Assembly (NCBI RefSeq): GCF_006345805.1
Contig: NC_043003.1
Coordinates: forward strand, 38,812,001-38,876,000
Length of the DNA stretch: 64,000 nt
From: Octopus sinensis
Taxonomy: Eukaryota
Direction: 5' to 3'
This document shows, piece after piece, positions 27,246-41,011 of this stretch (positions within the stretch are counted from its first letter, which is position 1; each line of letters begins with the position of its first letter). The translations under genes were made by a program, and so were the position numbers. Below the pieces are notes generated by a model that saw only the letters and a program-made list of their open reading frames with translations, ran no database searches and had not been told where the DNA came from.

Positions 27246-27612
27246 TGTATGTGTGTTTATGCGGGGCCATGTGATTAAGGAACTTGCTCGGTTTAACCAA
27301 TGGACACTTCACAGATTATATTTTGATCAATTAGAAATACATTCAGGACGACTTATAAACCCGATCTATAATCAAATCATTTAGGTCTAGAATTACATTA
27401 TGATGAGCTATCACAGTTTTCCTCTGCCATTAGCATAGACTATGCACGAGCGACTTTTCGAGAAGCGGGCCAAATGGGACATGGCTCATTATCCAGCGGG
27501 CCGCACTGCTAAAAAACATCATTAAGCGTGCCATGTGGGAACTCCCTCAACCTCCAAATATTTATGACTGCCATAGACTATCACACAGTTCCCGCACGCC
27601 GTTGCTATAGAC

Positions 27613-28276
27613 TAGTGATTCTCAACCATTGGTTCTTGTTTCTCTCGGATGGACCCTCGTAAACATGTGGTGTTTTAAAAATCTTACTATTTTTATCGTA
27701 GTCATCGTCGTCTGCTTTATTTCATATCCGAGAATTCGGTTTCCTCTTTGTTGAACGCTTCCTTTATGGTGATGGCGTGGATGACTAAGTAGACCAATTC
27801 TTGCATAGAAGAGTCGATGGCATTGACTGCATGGTAATACTTGTTGAGGACGAGGTTGATTTGGTGGGATTGGGAAAGCATATCCGCTACAAAATGCTTG
27901 AAAGCAACCGCCCACTCAATGAAGAACTTTACGTCCAGCAAATGGATCGGCTCCATCGAGGCAATCGAGTTGAAACGACCTGATCGGTGACACGGCGTGC
28001 TTCTACAACACAGCAACGCTCGCCTTCAAGTCACTAATTTGACCAAATTGCAAGTCAAGAGCTCGGTTGAGAAGTTCAACAAGTTCCCTTGTTTGATTGC
28101 TTCCTTTTCTCGTTTGGTGGTTTTATAAAATATCGTTAGGAATTGTATTAAAAAAACTGTTAAAATATTTTGTGTATTGTACGAGAAGTAAAACCAATTT
28201 ATTGCTCATAAATTTTAATGACAAAGTTTTACGTGGGCCCATAAGGGTCATGTGGGCTCTGGTTTGAGAACCACTT
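27613..28276. mobile_element. hAT (Charlie-type) MITE containing a mariner transposase fragment
   Basis: TIRs TAGTGATTCTCAA / TTGAGAACCACT, 8-bp TSD-like CTATAGAC / CTATTGAT; 27790-28080 encodes WWDWES...YVQQMDRLH...HGVLLQHSNAR. Confidence 0.6.
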
Positions 28277-29413
28277 CTATTGATAACCATACAATTTCCT
28301 TCTATCAAATTCCACTCTTTGGGTTCAATTTGGTAGACGGAAGCTGTATGAGAACCCATCCTGTTTTGATGTGGCACACACTGAATCCTCCATTCAATTC
28401 AACTTTAATATCTAGTTACTGGGTTACAGAGGAGTCCATTGTGTTGCAGGTATTCAATATTCAGTGTCCAATACGAGGAGAACTTCTTCTAACTATAACG
28501 GAGGATCTCATAGGCCTTGCACGCAGCTCTTCTTCCTTTCAAAAATCCATTTAAAAGAAATGTTTATGATTTAGGTACCAGGCCAACAATTTTGAGGGGA
28601 AGATTTTAGTCGATACCGTTGGTTTCAGATATTGACTGCGACTTTATCTTATAGACCCGGAACGGATGAAAGGCAAATTTGAACTTAGAATGTAAATAGA
28701 CAGAAGAAATGCCACAAGTTAAGGGCCCTGACAGCTCACCACTTTAAAAGATAGCGGGAGGGGAATATAAAAAACTAAGCGTAGGGATTTCCGACAACTC
28801 TGAGTACTAACTAGGTTCGACGGTGCTTAACTAAAAAAGCATGTCTTAAGATGGTGCTCCAGCATGGCTGCAGTCAAATGACTGAAACAAGTAAAAGTGT
28901 AAACCTTTCTGCTATAGGCACATGGCCTGAAAATGTGAGGGTAGGGGCAGTAGATTACATTGACCCCAGTGCTCAACTGGTACTTATTTTATCGACCTCG
29001 AAAGGAATAGAGGCAAAGTCAACATTCACAGAATTTAAACTCATAATGTAAAGCCAAAAGAAATGCCGCAAAGAATTTAGTCCAGCGTACTAGCGATTCT
29101 GTCAGCTCGCCACCTTAAAGTTAAGAGTAATAATGATTTTTAAAAAACAATTTGTAAATACCAGATATACCTGCAACACCATTCGAAAGACCTAAAGACA
29201 AGATATCTCTTATTTAGTTTAGACAAATATAATGGACATTTCTTACAACCAGAACCAGATTTATACAGACGAAAAGGAGCAATTTGCTCCAGGTTCTCTT
29301 GTCAGAGGGGTCCCTCAAGCTCGAGACAAGTTCGATGACTTGAAGGCAAGTTTTCTTAATTTGTAGCATGTCTGTTTAAGATTAGGCGAGTAAGTCTAAC
29401 TAATTCTTTAATA

Positions 29414-29625
29414 CAGGGTGTCCACAAAAACACTCGGTTGCGTTGCAGTGGGGTGGTAGCCATCTTTGGTTTCCTTGCGTTCACGTCAAAGATGGTGAGT
29501 CATCTGAAAATAAGAGAAAATATTATTGTTAGGGAATCTGTGGACACCATATTCATCAGAATATTTGAATTACTTTAGATATCATACAATCATGAAATCA
29601 GGGAATGTTTTTGTGGACACCCAGT
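29414..29625. mobile_element. ~210-bp Tc1/mariner-type MITE
   Basis: TA + CAGGGTGTCCACAAAAACA ... TGTTTTTGTGGACACCCAG. Confidence 0.65.
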
Positions 29626-30619
29626 TTATGACATCGTTTCCTTGATTTGGTACATTTAAATCTAAGCTATTTGTACATTTTACTAAACTCCTTGGAATCC
29701 GAACCAACAGCTTGTTAGTTTTAACATTTATATATAACATTTAATATTCATATATTTTATGTATATTTCTATGTAACATTTATATATTTGCATTTATGTA
29801 TAACTGGTCAGGGATCTTTTTTGCATTTAACATTTCTATGTACATAAATATGACTCGTCAATTCCTCTTGCATGCAATAAATGGACTTTGATGTGTAAAT
29901 AACGGTGATTTGCATGTATTTTAATTTTTGTGTATGAAGGTCTCAACATAACTGACAGGCCCTTCAAAATCTAAAACTGGCTCTGCTTACAGCATTATTC
30001 TATACATACTATCTTCTTTATTCAGTTAAGACAAAAATTATAATGATATGAGAACCTACTGATTAGCAGACACTGGAAGAAAAACCAGGCTCTATGTTCA
30101 GTACCATCCAAAAGATTATCTTACTTCTTATTTAGCTCGTGCAAACATAATCCTTTCTACTATAGACACAATGACTGAAATTTTGAGAGAAGGAGTTAGT
30201 CGATTATATCGACCCCTGTGCTCAACTGGGACTAATATTTATCGACCCCGATGAAAAGGAAAGTCGGCATTGGCGGAATTTGAACACGGAATGTAAAGAG
30301 TTGGAAGAAATGCCGCTAAATATTTTATCCAAGTCATCAGCAATTGTGCCAGCTCGCTTCTCTAATGCCAGGATTAATAATTCTGTCTATTATAGGCACA
30401 AGGTTTGAAATTTTTGTGGAGAGTGCTTATCGATTACGTTGACTCCAGTGCTTCACGGCTACTAATTTTCATCGACCCCGAAATGGATGAAAAGCAAAGT
30501 CAATCTCTGTGGAATTTGAACTCAGAACGTAAAGAGCCGGAAGAAATGTAGTTGAGCATTTTGTCCAGTGCGGTAACGATTCTGTCGAACCCACTGATTA
30601 ACAGGAATATCATGGGTAG

Positions 30620-30626
30620 TGATGAT

Positions 30627-30717
<91 letters not shown>

Positions 30718-32070
30718 ACAATTTGTCCTACACGATTAACCACAGTTCATATACCACGTGCGCAGATATACAATACGGAGAGTGATATAGTATATCACTG
30801 GAGAGCAGGCTGTATGGATCACACCCAAGGCTTTCTAGCAGCTAATTATATGGCAATGGGTCTGCTCGAGGGCTGCGCTAAACCACCACCACTACCACCA
30901 CCACCACCACCACCACCACCACCATCTCCAACAACAACATCATCAACAATAAAACCAAGGTTGTTGCCACCGATTTTACTGTCAAGAACCGTAATCAAGA
31001 AATGTCAAACGGCTTTACACAGTTCTTCACAAACCATTTTGAAAGCCTGGCATTTGATAGTCTCTTTTACAATATTACTATTGTTATTGGTATTGTTTTT
31101 GTTATCGTTCTTGTTATTGTTGAAGTTGCAGATATTGTTCGTGGTAGTGATGATTGGTGTCCCAGTGAAGATAGAAATAGGTGTGCTCATAGTGATGATG
31201 ATGATGATGATGATGGCAACAGTGGTGGCAACTGGTGACAGTGCTCGTGGTGGTGATGGTGGTGGTGGTGATGGTGGTGGTGGTGGTGGGGTGGGGGGTG
31301 GTGTTAGGAGACAACAAAAAAATTAGGGATAAAGAGGAGGCCTATTAAAACGAGATTAAAGACAATATCACAACAACGGAGAATCTCCATCACCGCAGCG
31401 CAGCCACCGACCATCACCACCACTACCACCACCACCACCACTACCACCACCATCATCATCACCATCATCATCATTACTACCCCCTTTGTCGTTATTATTT
31501 ACCATCAGCAAAATCGCTGTAATAGAACTGGGACGTCACCATCAATGCACCGTCGCCCTACGTCACATTATCCCCCATCCCCACTCCTCAGCACACCACC
31601 CCAGGCCGCATGACGATACCAAACACACTACACTATCATCACCACCACCACCACCACCATCTCCAAAACCATCACCATCACTATCACCATCGCCATCAGC
31701 ATCACTACCATATCAAGAAAACTACCACGATCACCATCACCATGTTACCATCATCATATATGACCACCATACTCCTCCTCCTCCTCCTCCTCCTCCTCCT
31801 ACTACTACTACTACTACTATTACTACTACTACTAGTTGTAATAGATATTGTTGCTACGTCTGTTAATTGTGTATTGAGTTAGTAGTATTAGTAGTAGTAG
31901 TGGCTATAGTAGTGGTGGTAGTGGTGGTAGTGGTGGTGGTGGTAGTAGTAGTGGTGATAGTTGTGGCAGGAGTAGTAGTAGTAATAGTAGTAGACGTGTT
32001 GTTGTTGTTGTTGTTGGTGGTGGTGGTAGAGGTAGTAGCAGTAGTAGTTGTGATGCTGAGTGACTAAAGA
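30620..32070. repeat. Compound microsatellite field: (GT)n, (CCA)n, (GAT)n, (CCT)n, (ACT)n, (GTA)n
   Basis: Direct reading; accounts for the poly-P/V/H ORFs. Confidence 0.95.
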
Positions 32071-32278
32071 GAGAGTGTCATTGTAAGTTTAAAAAAAAGA
32101 AAGGGGGAGGGTGGAGAGAGGGAAGGAGAGAAGGAAAGGATTGAACTGAAGGAAAGCAGACGAAATATGTGGGAAGTGGTGGCAATGATCCTTCCGTCTA
32201 TCAGAGAATGTTAAAATGCCTTGTTTATCGATTATACTTGTCATCCTAAATTGACTACGACATGACGGAGTGGTGGTG

Positions 32279-32329
<51 letters not shown>

Positions 32330-32333
<4 letters not shown>

Positions 32334-33213
32334 TGTGTGTGTGTGTGTGTGTGCGTGTGCGTGTGATGATGGTGTAGTTTGTAGTCGGGTATCGAGTTAC
32401 TTACTGGTCTGTGGTAGACGTAGGTGGTAGTGGCGGCGATAGTATTATGGAGTTGGTTAGTCGAAGGCACGTGGCTTAGTGGTTAGGGTATTCGGCTCTT
32501 GATCGTAAGGTCGTGAGTTCGATACCCGATGGCGCGTTGCGTCCTTGAGCAAAACACTTTATTTCACGTTGCTCCAGTCCATTCAGCTGGCAAAAGTGAA
32601 CAGTACCTGCATTTCAAAAGGCCAGCCTTGTCACGTTCTGTATCATGCTGGACATCCGGAGAGAACTACGTCAAGGAGTATTCAGCCACTTGCACGTTAA
32701 TTCATGACCGGATCGGATCAACAAACGGAGTACCAGTTATGAAGTTTCTTAGTGGATGTCATGTGTGTGTATGTGAGAGTGTGTGTGTGTGTGTGTGTGC
32801 GTGTGCGTGTGATGATGGTGTAGTTTGTAGTCGGGTATCGAGTTACTTACTGGTCTGTGGTAGACGTAGGTGGTAGTGGCGGCGATAGTATTATGGAGTT
32901 GGTTAGTCGAAGGCACGTGGCTTAGTGGTTAGGGTATTCGGCTCTTGATCGTAAGGTCGTGAGTTCGATACCCGATGGCGCGTTGCGTCCTTGAGCAAAA
33001 CACTTTATTTCACGTTGCTCCAGTCCATTCAGCTGGCAAAAGTGAACAGTACCTGCATTTCAAAAGGCCAGCCTTGTCACGTTCTGTATCATGCTGGACA
33101 TCCCGGAGAGAACTACGTCAAGGAGTATTCAGCCACTTGCACGTTAATTCATGACCGGATCGGATCAACAAACGGAGTACCAGTTATGAAGTTTCTTAGT
33201 GGATGTCATGTGT

Positions 33214-33251
<38 letters not shown>

Positions 33252-33690
33252 GCGTGTGATGATGGTGTAGTTTGTAGTCGGGTATCGAGTTACTTACTGG
33301 TCTGTGGTAGACGTAGGTGGTAGTGGCGGCGATAGTATTATGGAGTTGGTTAGTCGAAGGCACGTGGCTTAGTGGTTAGGGTATTCGGCTCTTGATCGTA
33401 AGGTCGTGAGTTCGATACCCGATGGCGCGTTGCGTCCTTGAGCAAAACACTTTATTTCACGTTGCTCCAGTCCATTCAGCTGGCAAAAGTGAACAGTACC
33501 TGCATTTCAAAAGGCCAGCCTTGTCACGTTCTGTATCATGCTGGACATCCCGGAGAGAACTACGTCAAGGAGTATTCAGCCACTTGCACGTTAATTTCAT
33601 GACCGGATCGGATCAACAAACGGAGTACCAGTTATGAAGTTTCTTAGTGGATGTCATGTGTGTGTATGTGTGTGTGGTGTGTGTGTGTGT
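32330..33690 (+). repeat. Tandem triplication (period 446-447 bp) of (GT)n + unique spacer + family B SINE
   Basis: SINE head AAGGCACGTGGC at 32464, 32910 and 33357; units almost identical. Confidence 0.92.
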
Positions 33691-33879
33691 GACAGAGAAA
33701 GAGAGAAAAAGAGGGAGAGAGAAGGAAAGAGAGAGAGAGAGAGAGAGAAAGACTGAGAGAGGGAGACAGAGGAAGTATGTGTGTGTATCGAAGCATCCTT
33801 GGTCCAAGCGTAAGCACTGCGGGTATTAATATTTTGGTGCGTCAGAGAGGCCTTAGTGATGGTTTACACACTCGAGTAA

Positions 33880-35440
33880 TGACCAGTGCGGAGCAACATC
33901 CCGACCACCGCCTTATCTGCTGATAACTCAATCTTCATTTCAAACCCAAGCCAGAGAGAAGAGGCTTTCCAAGAATGACACTTTTGATTAGTGACCCACA
34001 GTCTATTGAAGTAGGAGCTGATAACCAAGCGAATATTCAATCAAGGCTTGAGAACTCTAACTTCCCCCCAAATTCCTCTCCAGAAGCGCTTTGGGAACAT
34101 TAAAAAAAAAATCCCATCATATTGCAGTCCTCTGAGGTTCTAGGGATTGCAATATATAAAGTCATTGTATTAGCAACTCTCCGCTAACGTTCCGAGTTTC
34201 AGGATACCCAATGTTTCAGGACACCCCTACAAATTTTGGAATGTTTTCACCAGGCTATTCTCAACCCCCTCTGGAATGTCTTTCCTACCAATATTGAAGA
34301 ACTCAACATGTGGAAGTCACTAGCAACGAGGTCATGCTGTTGAAGTCGAAGGACTGCACGTAGTGAACAGGGGCTGATTCGGTGAATACAACTTGAATAC
34401 AATCTGAGAACAGATCTGGAAACAGATCTGTCCATAAGCTGCATCTTGGCATTTTACTCAGCCAGTTTATTCTACTAAAAAAAGCAGTCTTCCGGTTTTT
34501 GTCCAGTGAGTTTCAGTGCAGATTTCGTGAAATCCAGAACATGTGGTGGCCCAACTCCGTAAAGAGTTTTGTGTAAAGTTCGATGACTGTAGAATGTTTT
34601 ATAAGACTCCGAAGTCGGTGAGTGTTGCGCTATACACTCTTCACAGACAAGGCGTCCACATAAAACATTTGTAAGAATGGGAGCACACCGTTGCACATTC
34701 AAACTTCACGAATTCTTTGTCTGATGCTGGAAACAAGGTAAATGACTACAAAACTTTTGTGATGCCGTTATCATCACCCAGTATAAAACAAAGACTCCGA
34801 CTATCTCGAGATAGTTCTGCTTTTTATCGCAAGAAAAATCCTCGCAAAAAATACTTCTGAGCTAATTGATAGCCGTTACTGCAGAGAACACATGCCAGAA
34901 AGCTAGTATGGAATGAGAGGCAAAAGGAGCACCACCGATATGAAATTAACTCTTAAGGAGCTCCAAGAAAAATGCAGATAACAGAACAAAGTACCGTAAG
35001 TAAAGTTTGTAAACTTAGCAAAGCATTCAACATTGAATAGAGAAGCTATGTGGAAAATCATAGGGCTAATGGGATGCTTCCACCCGAAATCTTCGACCTG
35101 GTCATTCAGTTACATGATGATCCGCCGCGCAAAGTCAAACACAATAATGACTTCTCAGTGTCCCCCAGTAGGAGAAAAATGTAAATCAGGGTTATATCGT
35201 CCAGCCTATCTCTCATCAGAGCTTCCGAAGACTTTGATGAGGAGAGTCTCTCCATACCTGTTCGACACGAGGCGACTACAGTTCCACATAAAAACAGTGG
35301 AATAACTCATTAGGAAGGAACTCTCTACCAACAATGCTGCTCTTGTTGTCAAGGAGAGACAGTTCTGCAGCGCATAACATCCCGTTTCGTAGAGGATGCC
35401 CAAACCCTTCGGATTGGAAATCAGTTTGAAAAAAAAAAAA
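33880..35440 (+). pseudogene. Degenerate RTE LINE remnant interrupted by a minus-strand mariner fragment (~34460-34850)
   Basis: DHRLI..LNLHFKPK; G.RGKRSTTDM..TL.ELQEKC..QN...FVNL.K...LNREAMWKI (RT domain). Confidence 0.6.
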
Positions 35441-36559
35441 AACGTTCTCCACCCTCAGCGTCTGAGGAACACTCAGTTACTTAGATAGTAATCCAATGAA
35501 ATAGTAGTTCAGTCGACTGAACAACTGAATAATCATTGGGGAAACCTAGTGAGACCCATTTAGTCATTATTACACAACAGACTGTCACGTAACTTTCTGT
35601 TTTTCTTATTTTGGCACAAGATCAGCAATGTTGAGGAGATGGGGATAAGCTCCAGTGCTCAACTGGTCGTTATTTTATCAACCGCGAAAGGTTAAAAGGC
35701 AAAGTAAACCTCGGGAGAATTTGAACCAAGAACATAAAGATCCGGAGAAAATGTCGCTAAGCAATTTGTCCTGTTTCTAATTTTGGCAGAAGGTCAGCAG
35801 TTTTGAGGGGATGGGAGTAAGCTCCAGTGCTCAACTGGTCGTTATTCTATCATCCACAAAAGGTTGAAAGGCAAAGCAAACCTCGGCGGAATTTGAACTC
35901 AAAACGTAAAGGGCCGGAAGAAAAGCCGCCAAGTATTTTGTCCGGCGTGCTTAACGATTCTGCTAGCCCACGGCCTTAGACTGTTACGTAATACATAAGT
36001 AGTACATACGTATGTCTATAGGATGATGAGCTCCAGGCCTAGCATTGATCACGGGATTGATCAAAGCAATAGTAACAAGCACCATCTGGTACAACGCCAA
36101 TTACAGTAGAAAACAAAAAAACGACGGCTATATTAACGATGATAACAACAACAGTAACAACAACAACACGATAAATAAGTACTGCTGCATTTACTACGAA
36201 CATAAGCACAACAACAATCAAAAATACGTAAATTGCCTAAATGAGCTCGATGACAACAGCAGCAAATAACTGATCTCTCCACCACCACCACCACCAGCAC
36301 TATCACCACCACCACCACCACAACAATAACAACAACAACAACCACAACGAACAGAAAGAAAACGACGATGCAACAACAATAACAGCCAGCGATAAGTAGA
36401 GGAATTGCTCAACAATAACAACAGTAACAATAATGAAAAGTAAGAAGATGACCTACAGAGATAGTCCAATTTAGGGGATGTTCTGACATTTCACTGGAAT
36501 TACTTGGTCTGTCTTTAACATCATTACAGAGGCGTATGTGCGCGTGGGTATGCTGTATG

Positions 36560-36609
36560 CATATTTGTGTGCGTGTGCATATGTGCATGTGTTTATATAT
36601 ATTATATAT

Positions 36610-36644
<35 letters not shown>

Positions 36645-36976
36645 CTATATGTGTGTCTGTGTGTGTGTGTGTGTATATACATATATATGTATATATAAAG
36701 ATATATATTATACATAATACTATATACATACGTGGCACACATATATGCACATGCACGCATATATGTCTATCTGTATGTGTACACATACTCAGATAAACAG
36801 ATAAACAGATAGATAGATAGACGGACAGAGGGCGAGGGACAGAGAGAGGATCTGGCAACGAAAGAATGAGAAGCTTATACACACGTCTGTGTATATCTAC
36901 ATGCATGTATACATACACGTATACAGATATATATATATATATATAGATATATATATACATACATGCATAATATATG

Positions 36977-37008
<32 letters not shown>

Positions 37009-37086
37009 TATATTATATTATATTATATACATATATTATATATATATATGTATATATATATATATTATAAATATATATTATATATA

Positions 37087-37143
<57 letters not shown>

Positions 37144-37165
37144 TATATATATTAATATATTATAA
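36560..37165. repeat. Long degenerate (TA)n/(TG)n block
   Basis: Direct reading. Confidence 0.95.
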
Positions 37166-37169
37166 ACTT

Positions 37170-38200
37170 GGAGAGTGCATATTACTATTTCCAAGTGCAT
37201 ATTACTAATTTGGTAATAAAATGCAGACGGCTAGCTGGATGGACTCTCCGAACTTTCAGAACAAGAGAGGAGACACTGATGGTCCTTTTGAAGACATTCG
37301 TTCTCAGCCACTTGGACTACTGCTCCCAACTATGGTCACTACACAATATAAAGTTAAGAGCAGAACTCGAAGCAATCCAACGAAGCTACACTAAGAAGAT
37401 CGTCTCAATGTAACATATCAGCTACTGGGAAAGACTGAAAGTATTAAAACTCTTCTCCCTGGAGCGAAGGCGGGAGAGATATGCAGTGATATACATGTGG
37501 AAAATCCTGGAGGGTCTTGTCCCGAATTCTGGCATTCAAAGTTACCCCAACAGCAGAACGGGGCGCCACTGCATGGTGCCGAAGATCCCAACATCACCAT
37601 CAAAATACAAGACCAGATACTACTGCTCCTTGTGGTCTCTCCATCTCAAAACCTGAATCACCCCAGAGGGCACTCACTAAACGAATTGAAGTCATGACTG
37701 ATCTAAATTACTGAGACTGCCTTAAAGCCTTGAAACTCTACTCTCTCCAGCGCCGCCGCGAGCGGCACATCATTTGCACGATGTGGAGAATATACCACCA
37801 GCATTGCCCAAACGACCTGAACATTAGTTTCAAGGTTCATCCAAGGCTGGGACCACGGGCCATACGTCCCCTGCCCAATTCAGGATCACAACATATAGGT
37901 ACAATGCGACACAATTTCTTTCCTCAACAAGCCTGCCCTGTTTAACATTGTTCCAAAACTGATCAAAGAAGAAAAGGATCCCATCACCTTTAAACGGAGT
38001 CTGGACAGATTTCTTCAAGGAATGCCAGACATGTCACTCATACCTGGATACAACTCACTCAACAAGAACTCACTACTTGAATGGACCATAAACAAAACTT
38101 GACTAAAAAAAAAGGATTTAGATAATCCTATCAGGTGATGCTGTTAGGTTAGACATGGCCTGGAGCAATCTTTGGTCGAAACATATCTAAGTTTATCTAA
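37170..38200 (+). pseudogene. Two tandem CR1-group LINE 3' fragments
   Basis: GWTLRTFRTR...LSHLDYCSQLWS...LEAIQRSYTK...SYWERLKVLKLFSLERRRERY, then a second LKLYSLQRRRER...FKRSLDRFL segment and 3' UTR. Confidence 0.75.
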
Positions 38201-38302
38201 GTTTTATATATATATATATGACTATACTTGCATTCCTATACACACATACGCACACACTGATACAGACACTCATGTTCACACACATATACATACGTACATG
38301 TA

Positions 38303-38372
<70 letters not shown>

Positions 38373-38381
38373 CTGTCTGTT

Positions 38382-38415
<34 letters not shown>

Positions 38416-40089
38416 TCTATCTCCCCCTCTCTCTCTGTATACCCACACGCACGCGCACACTCACACATAAACATGAGAAGTTACGCAGTAAATAGAGTTG
38501 ATAATAATAATGACTTCTTACATAACACAAATACTGAGGGAAGTATACGATGTTAATCCCGTGACTGACTAGTTCGTCATTCGACTCGGAAAGCTGGAGG
38601 GCATAGTTGACTGGTGAAATTTGAAATGTGAAGGGACGTCATCGAAACAAATTTTCCACCGAAATTACGGAGTATTTACCTCATCATATTTTGACACGAC
38701 TGTGTTCTGTATTTATACGGTAGTTTTAAATTGGTATTAAACATTTGATGAAAAAACGGTCTGTAAATACTATTTATATTTGATAATGTATTTAGATATA
38801 ATGTCTAGGAATGAAAGTAGTGTAATAAGAAGGCTGTGATGTACATTGAAGAAAACAGGAGGAAGTATGTTGACAGAAATGAAGAGCAAGGGAGAGATAA
38901 AGAAATATGAAAACATGGAAATATGACAAAGGAAGAAAAAAGGAAAAGAATATGATTTGTGGCATTACTGTCGTTTATCGTGAAGCATATAACAATAAAC
39001 TTCACAAAACAGGCGGCGTATGTCAGAGGGAGGTGGCTCAAGAGCAAAGAAAGAATAAGGCTGACTTCAAGGGAATACAAAGAGTCGATAAGTAGCTTTT
39101 ATTAGAGGGGAGTGTGGAAACTAATAAGAAAATGAAAGATTCAATGCATACAGATAGAAAGGAGCAGGAAAGTAGCAAGTAAAAAGATTTAAAATAGGGG
39201 TGAGAAATTGATTAGTATATAAATTGATTAGTATATAAATAAATGAATGAAATACAATAAATATTCTTGAATAAATAAAATATAATAAACTAGAATAAAA
39301 TAAAATATATCAATAAAACACAATTAATACAATACACTTAAATCTGATGAAGTACAATAAAATAAAATACAATTAAAAAAATGATAATAAGATAAAGCAA
39401 AATACTATGAAATGTTATAAAGCAGAGTACAGTAGTATCGTACTCAAGATTCAACAGACAGATTCGAGTTCATTTACTAATACTGAGTTTCCATTCTTGT
39501 GTGAAATTCATTCGTTCAACACTGAGTCGCCAAATGATTTTTGGCTCAAAATGCGGCTTTTGAAGGAGAAGTATAGATATTTAAAGGGTATTCATCGGAC
39601 TTCAAAGAACTTTCAAAGGATCGAAGTATTTCAAGCAACTTCTAGAGAAATTTCGAAGAAATTCCAAAGAAATTTCATCAAAAGAATTGCCCTGTAATTA
39701 GCGTGTATACAAAATACAGTTTCTTACTATAAACTTGTTTTGGTGACGGCATTTCGAAATTAGCTCATAACTTGAATTAACCAAGTTGGTGGGGGTCGTT
39801 ACAATGAAACTTTTTTCGCTGGAGCATAATCAACATGGTCCAGATCCACTGACCATGATATATTAAATATTTTATGGAATCTTCATCTTTTAGTTGGCAT
39901 ACATGGTGTAAAAGAGAGACAATGTTCTTTTTTTTCGGGCTCTAAAAGATAATGTGTAATGTATGTATTATCTCTCAAATATTCTATTACGCTTAAATAA
40001 AATTGTTCCTTTCGGTCCACCATAGCACAGTAAACTCCTTGGAAGAACAAAGTGAACATATATAGTTATATATAAGCGAATATATATAT

Positions 40090-40122
<33 letters not shown>

Positions 40123-40125
40123 TCA

Positions 40126-40166
<41 letters not shown>

Positions 40167-40191
40167 TATATATATATAATATATATATATA

Positions 40192-40371
40192 TAAATGCCG
40201 GTGATATAAATGATTTAAATAACATCTTGTGCGTTTCACTCTATTTTCCATTTCTCTTTGATATATATATATATATATATATAATATATATATATATATA
40301 TCAAAGAGAAATGGAAAATAGAGTGAAACGCACAAGATGTTATTTAAATCATTTATATCACTGGCATTTAT
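40192..40371. repeat. ~70-bp inverted repeat (1 mismatch) around a (TA)n spacer
   Basis: 40192-40262 is the reverse complement of 40300-40371. Confidence 0.9.
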
Positions 40372-40506
40372 GTTTCGATGGATGCATTAAAATTAATCGG
40401 GGAGGGAAAATGAGGTGGAATAGTTGTATCAATCTCATCAGGGAGAAGATTATAAATAACAGTGTTTATTTAAGCAATTTTTACAAATGTAAGAAATTAT
40501 GATATG

Positions 40507-40573
<67 letters not shown>

Positions 40574-40786
40574 ATATATAAGGCGGATAGAAAACGCTAG
40601 TAATTTTAAAATATTGGTAAGAAAGTTGATGTCATAAGACGAGAGAAGGAAAAGAGAAAGAAAATTAAAGAAGTAATGAAAGAATAAACAAATAGAAAGG
40701 TGAATGACAAATGGATAGAAATGATAAAGGAAAGAATGGGATGTGTAGAAAGAAAAGAATAAAGTGAAATTTACAGATATTATTAG

Positions 40787-41011
40787 TTAAAGGGGGCAGA
40801 TATTATTTGATATAGCTGAAAGTGTGTTTTTCCAATGTAAACACCAGTAAACACTTTCTTTATAGATGTTGACAAATGCGTGTTTGGAAAAAAGGATAAA
40901 TAGTTGTTCGTCCGTACAAAGAGGGCAAAAAGATCTTGACAAAATTTTCCAGTCCAAAGAAAATTGCTTATTACAGTCTTTGAGATGCCAAATTAGTTTA
41001 CTAAAACACAC
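40787..41011 (-). pseudogene. Penelope-like element GIY-YIG endonuclease C-terminal remnant
   Basis: FSKLIWHLKDCNKQFSLDWKILSR..CPLCTDEQLFIL....VN..KE....CLH resembles the LSKYIW.LK......W.IL....C.LC..EK......N.R.E...CRH signature. Confidence 0.55.

Noticed and set aside
30619-32067. Long ORFs rich in CV/P/H/V (e.g. 30619-31326, 235 aa) and all YIYI/THTH ORFs
   Set aside because: These are translations of microsatellites.
32464-32540. tRNA gene-like sequences (also 2570, 6760, 14380, 41450-41528, 56970-57046)
   Set aside because: A/B boxes run directly into SINE bodies, with no complete cloverleaf or terminator.
36459-36533. 75-bp LRR-like exon (IVQFRGCSDISLELLGLSLTSLQR) with a gtatgt donor
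   Set aside because: The acceptor lacks a pyrimidine tract and the peptide is not a convincing LRR.
39344-39415. CTGATGA...GAAA hammerhead-like motif
   Set aside because: Long AT-rich insert and no stem I/III; expected by chance in AT-rich DNA.
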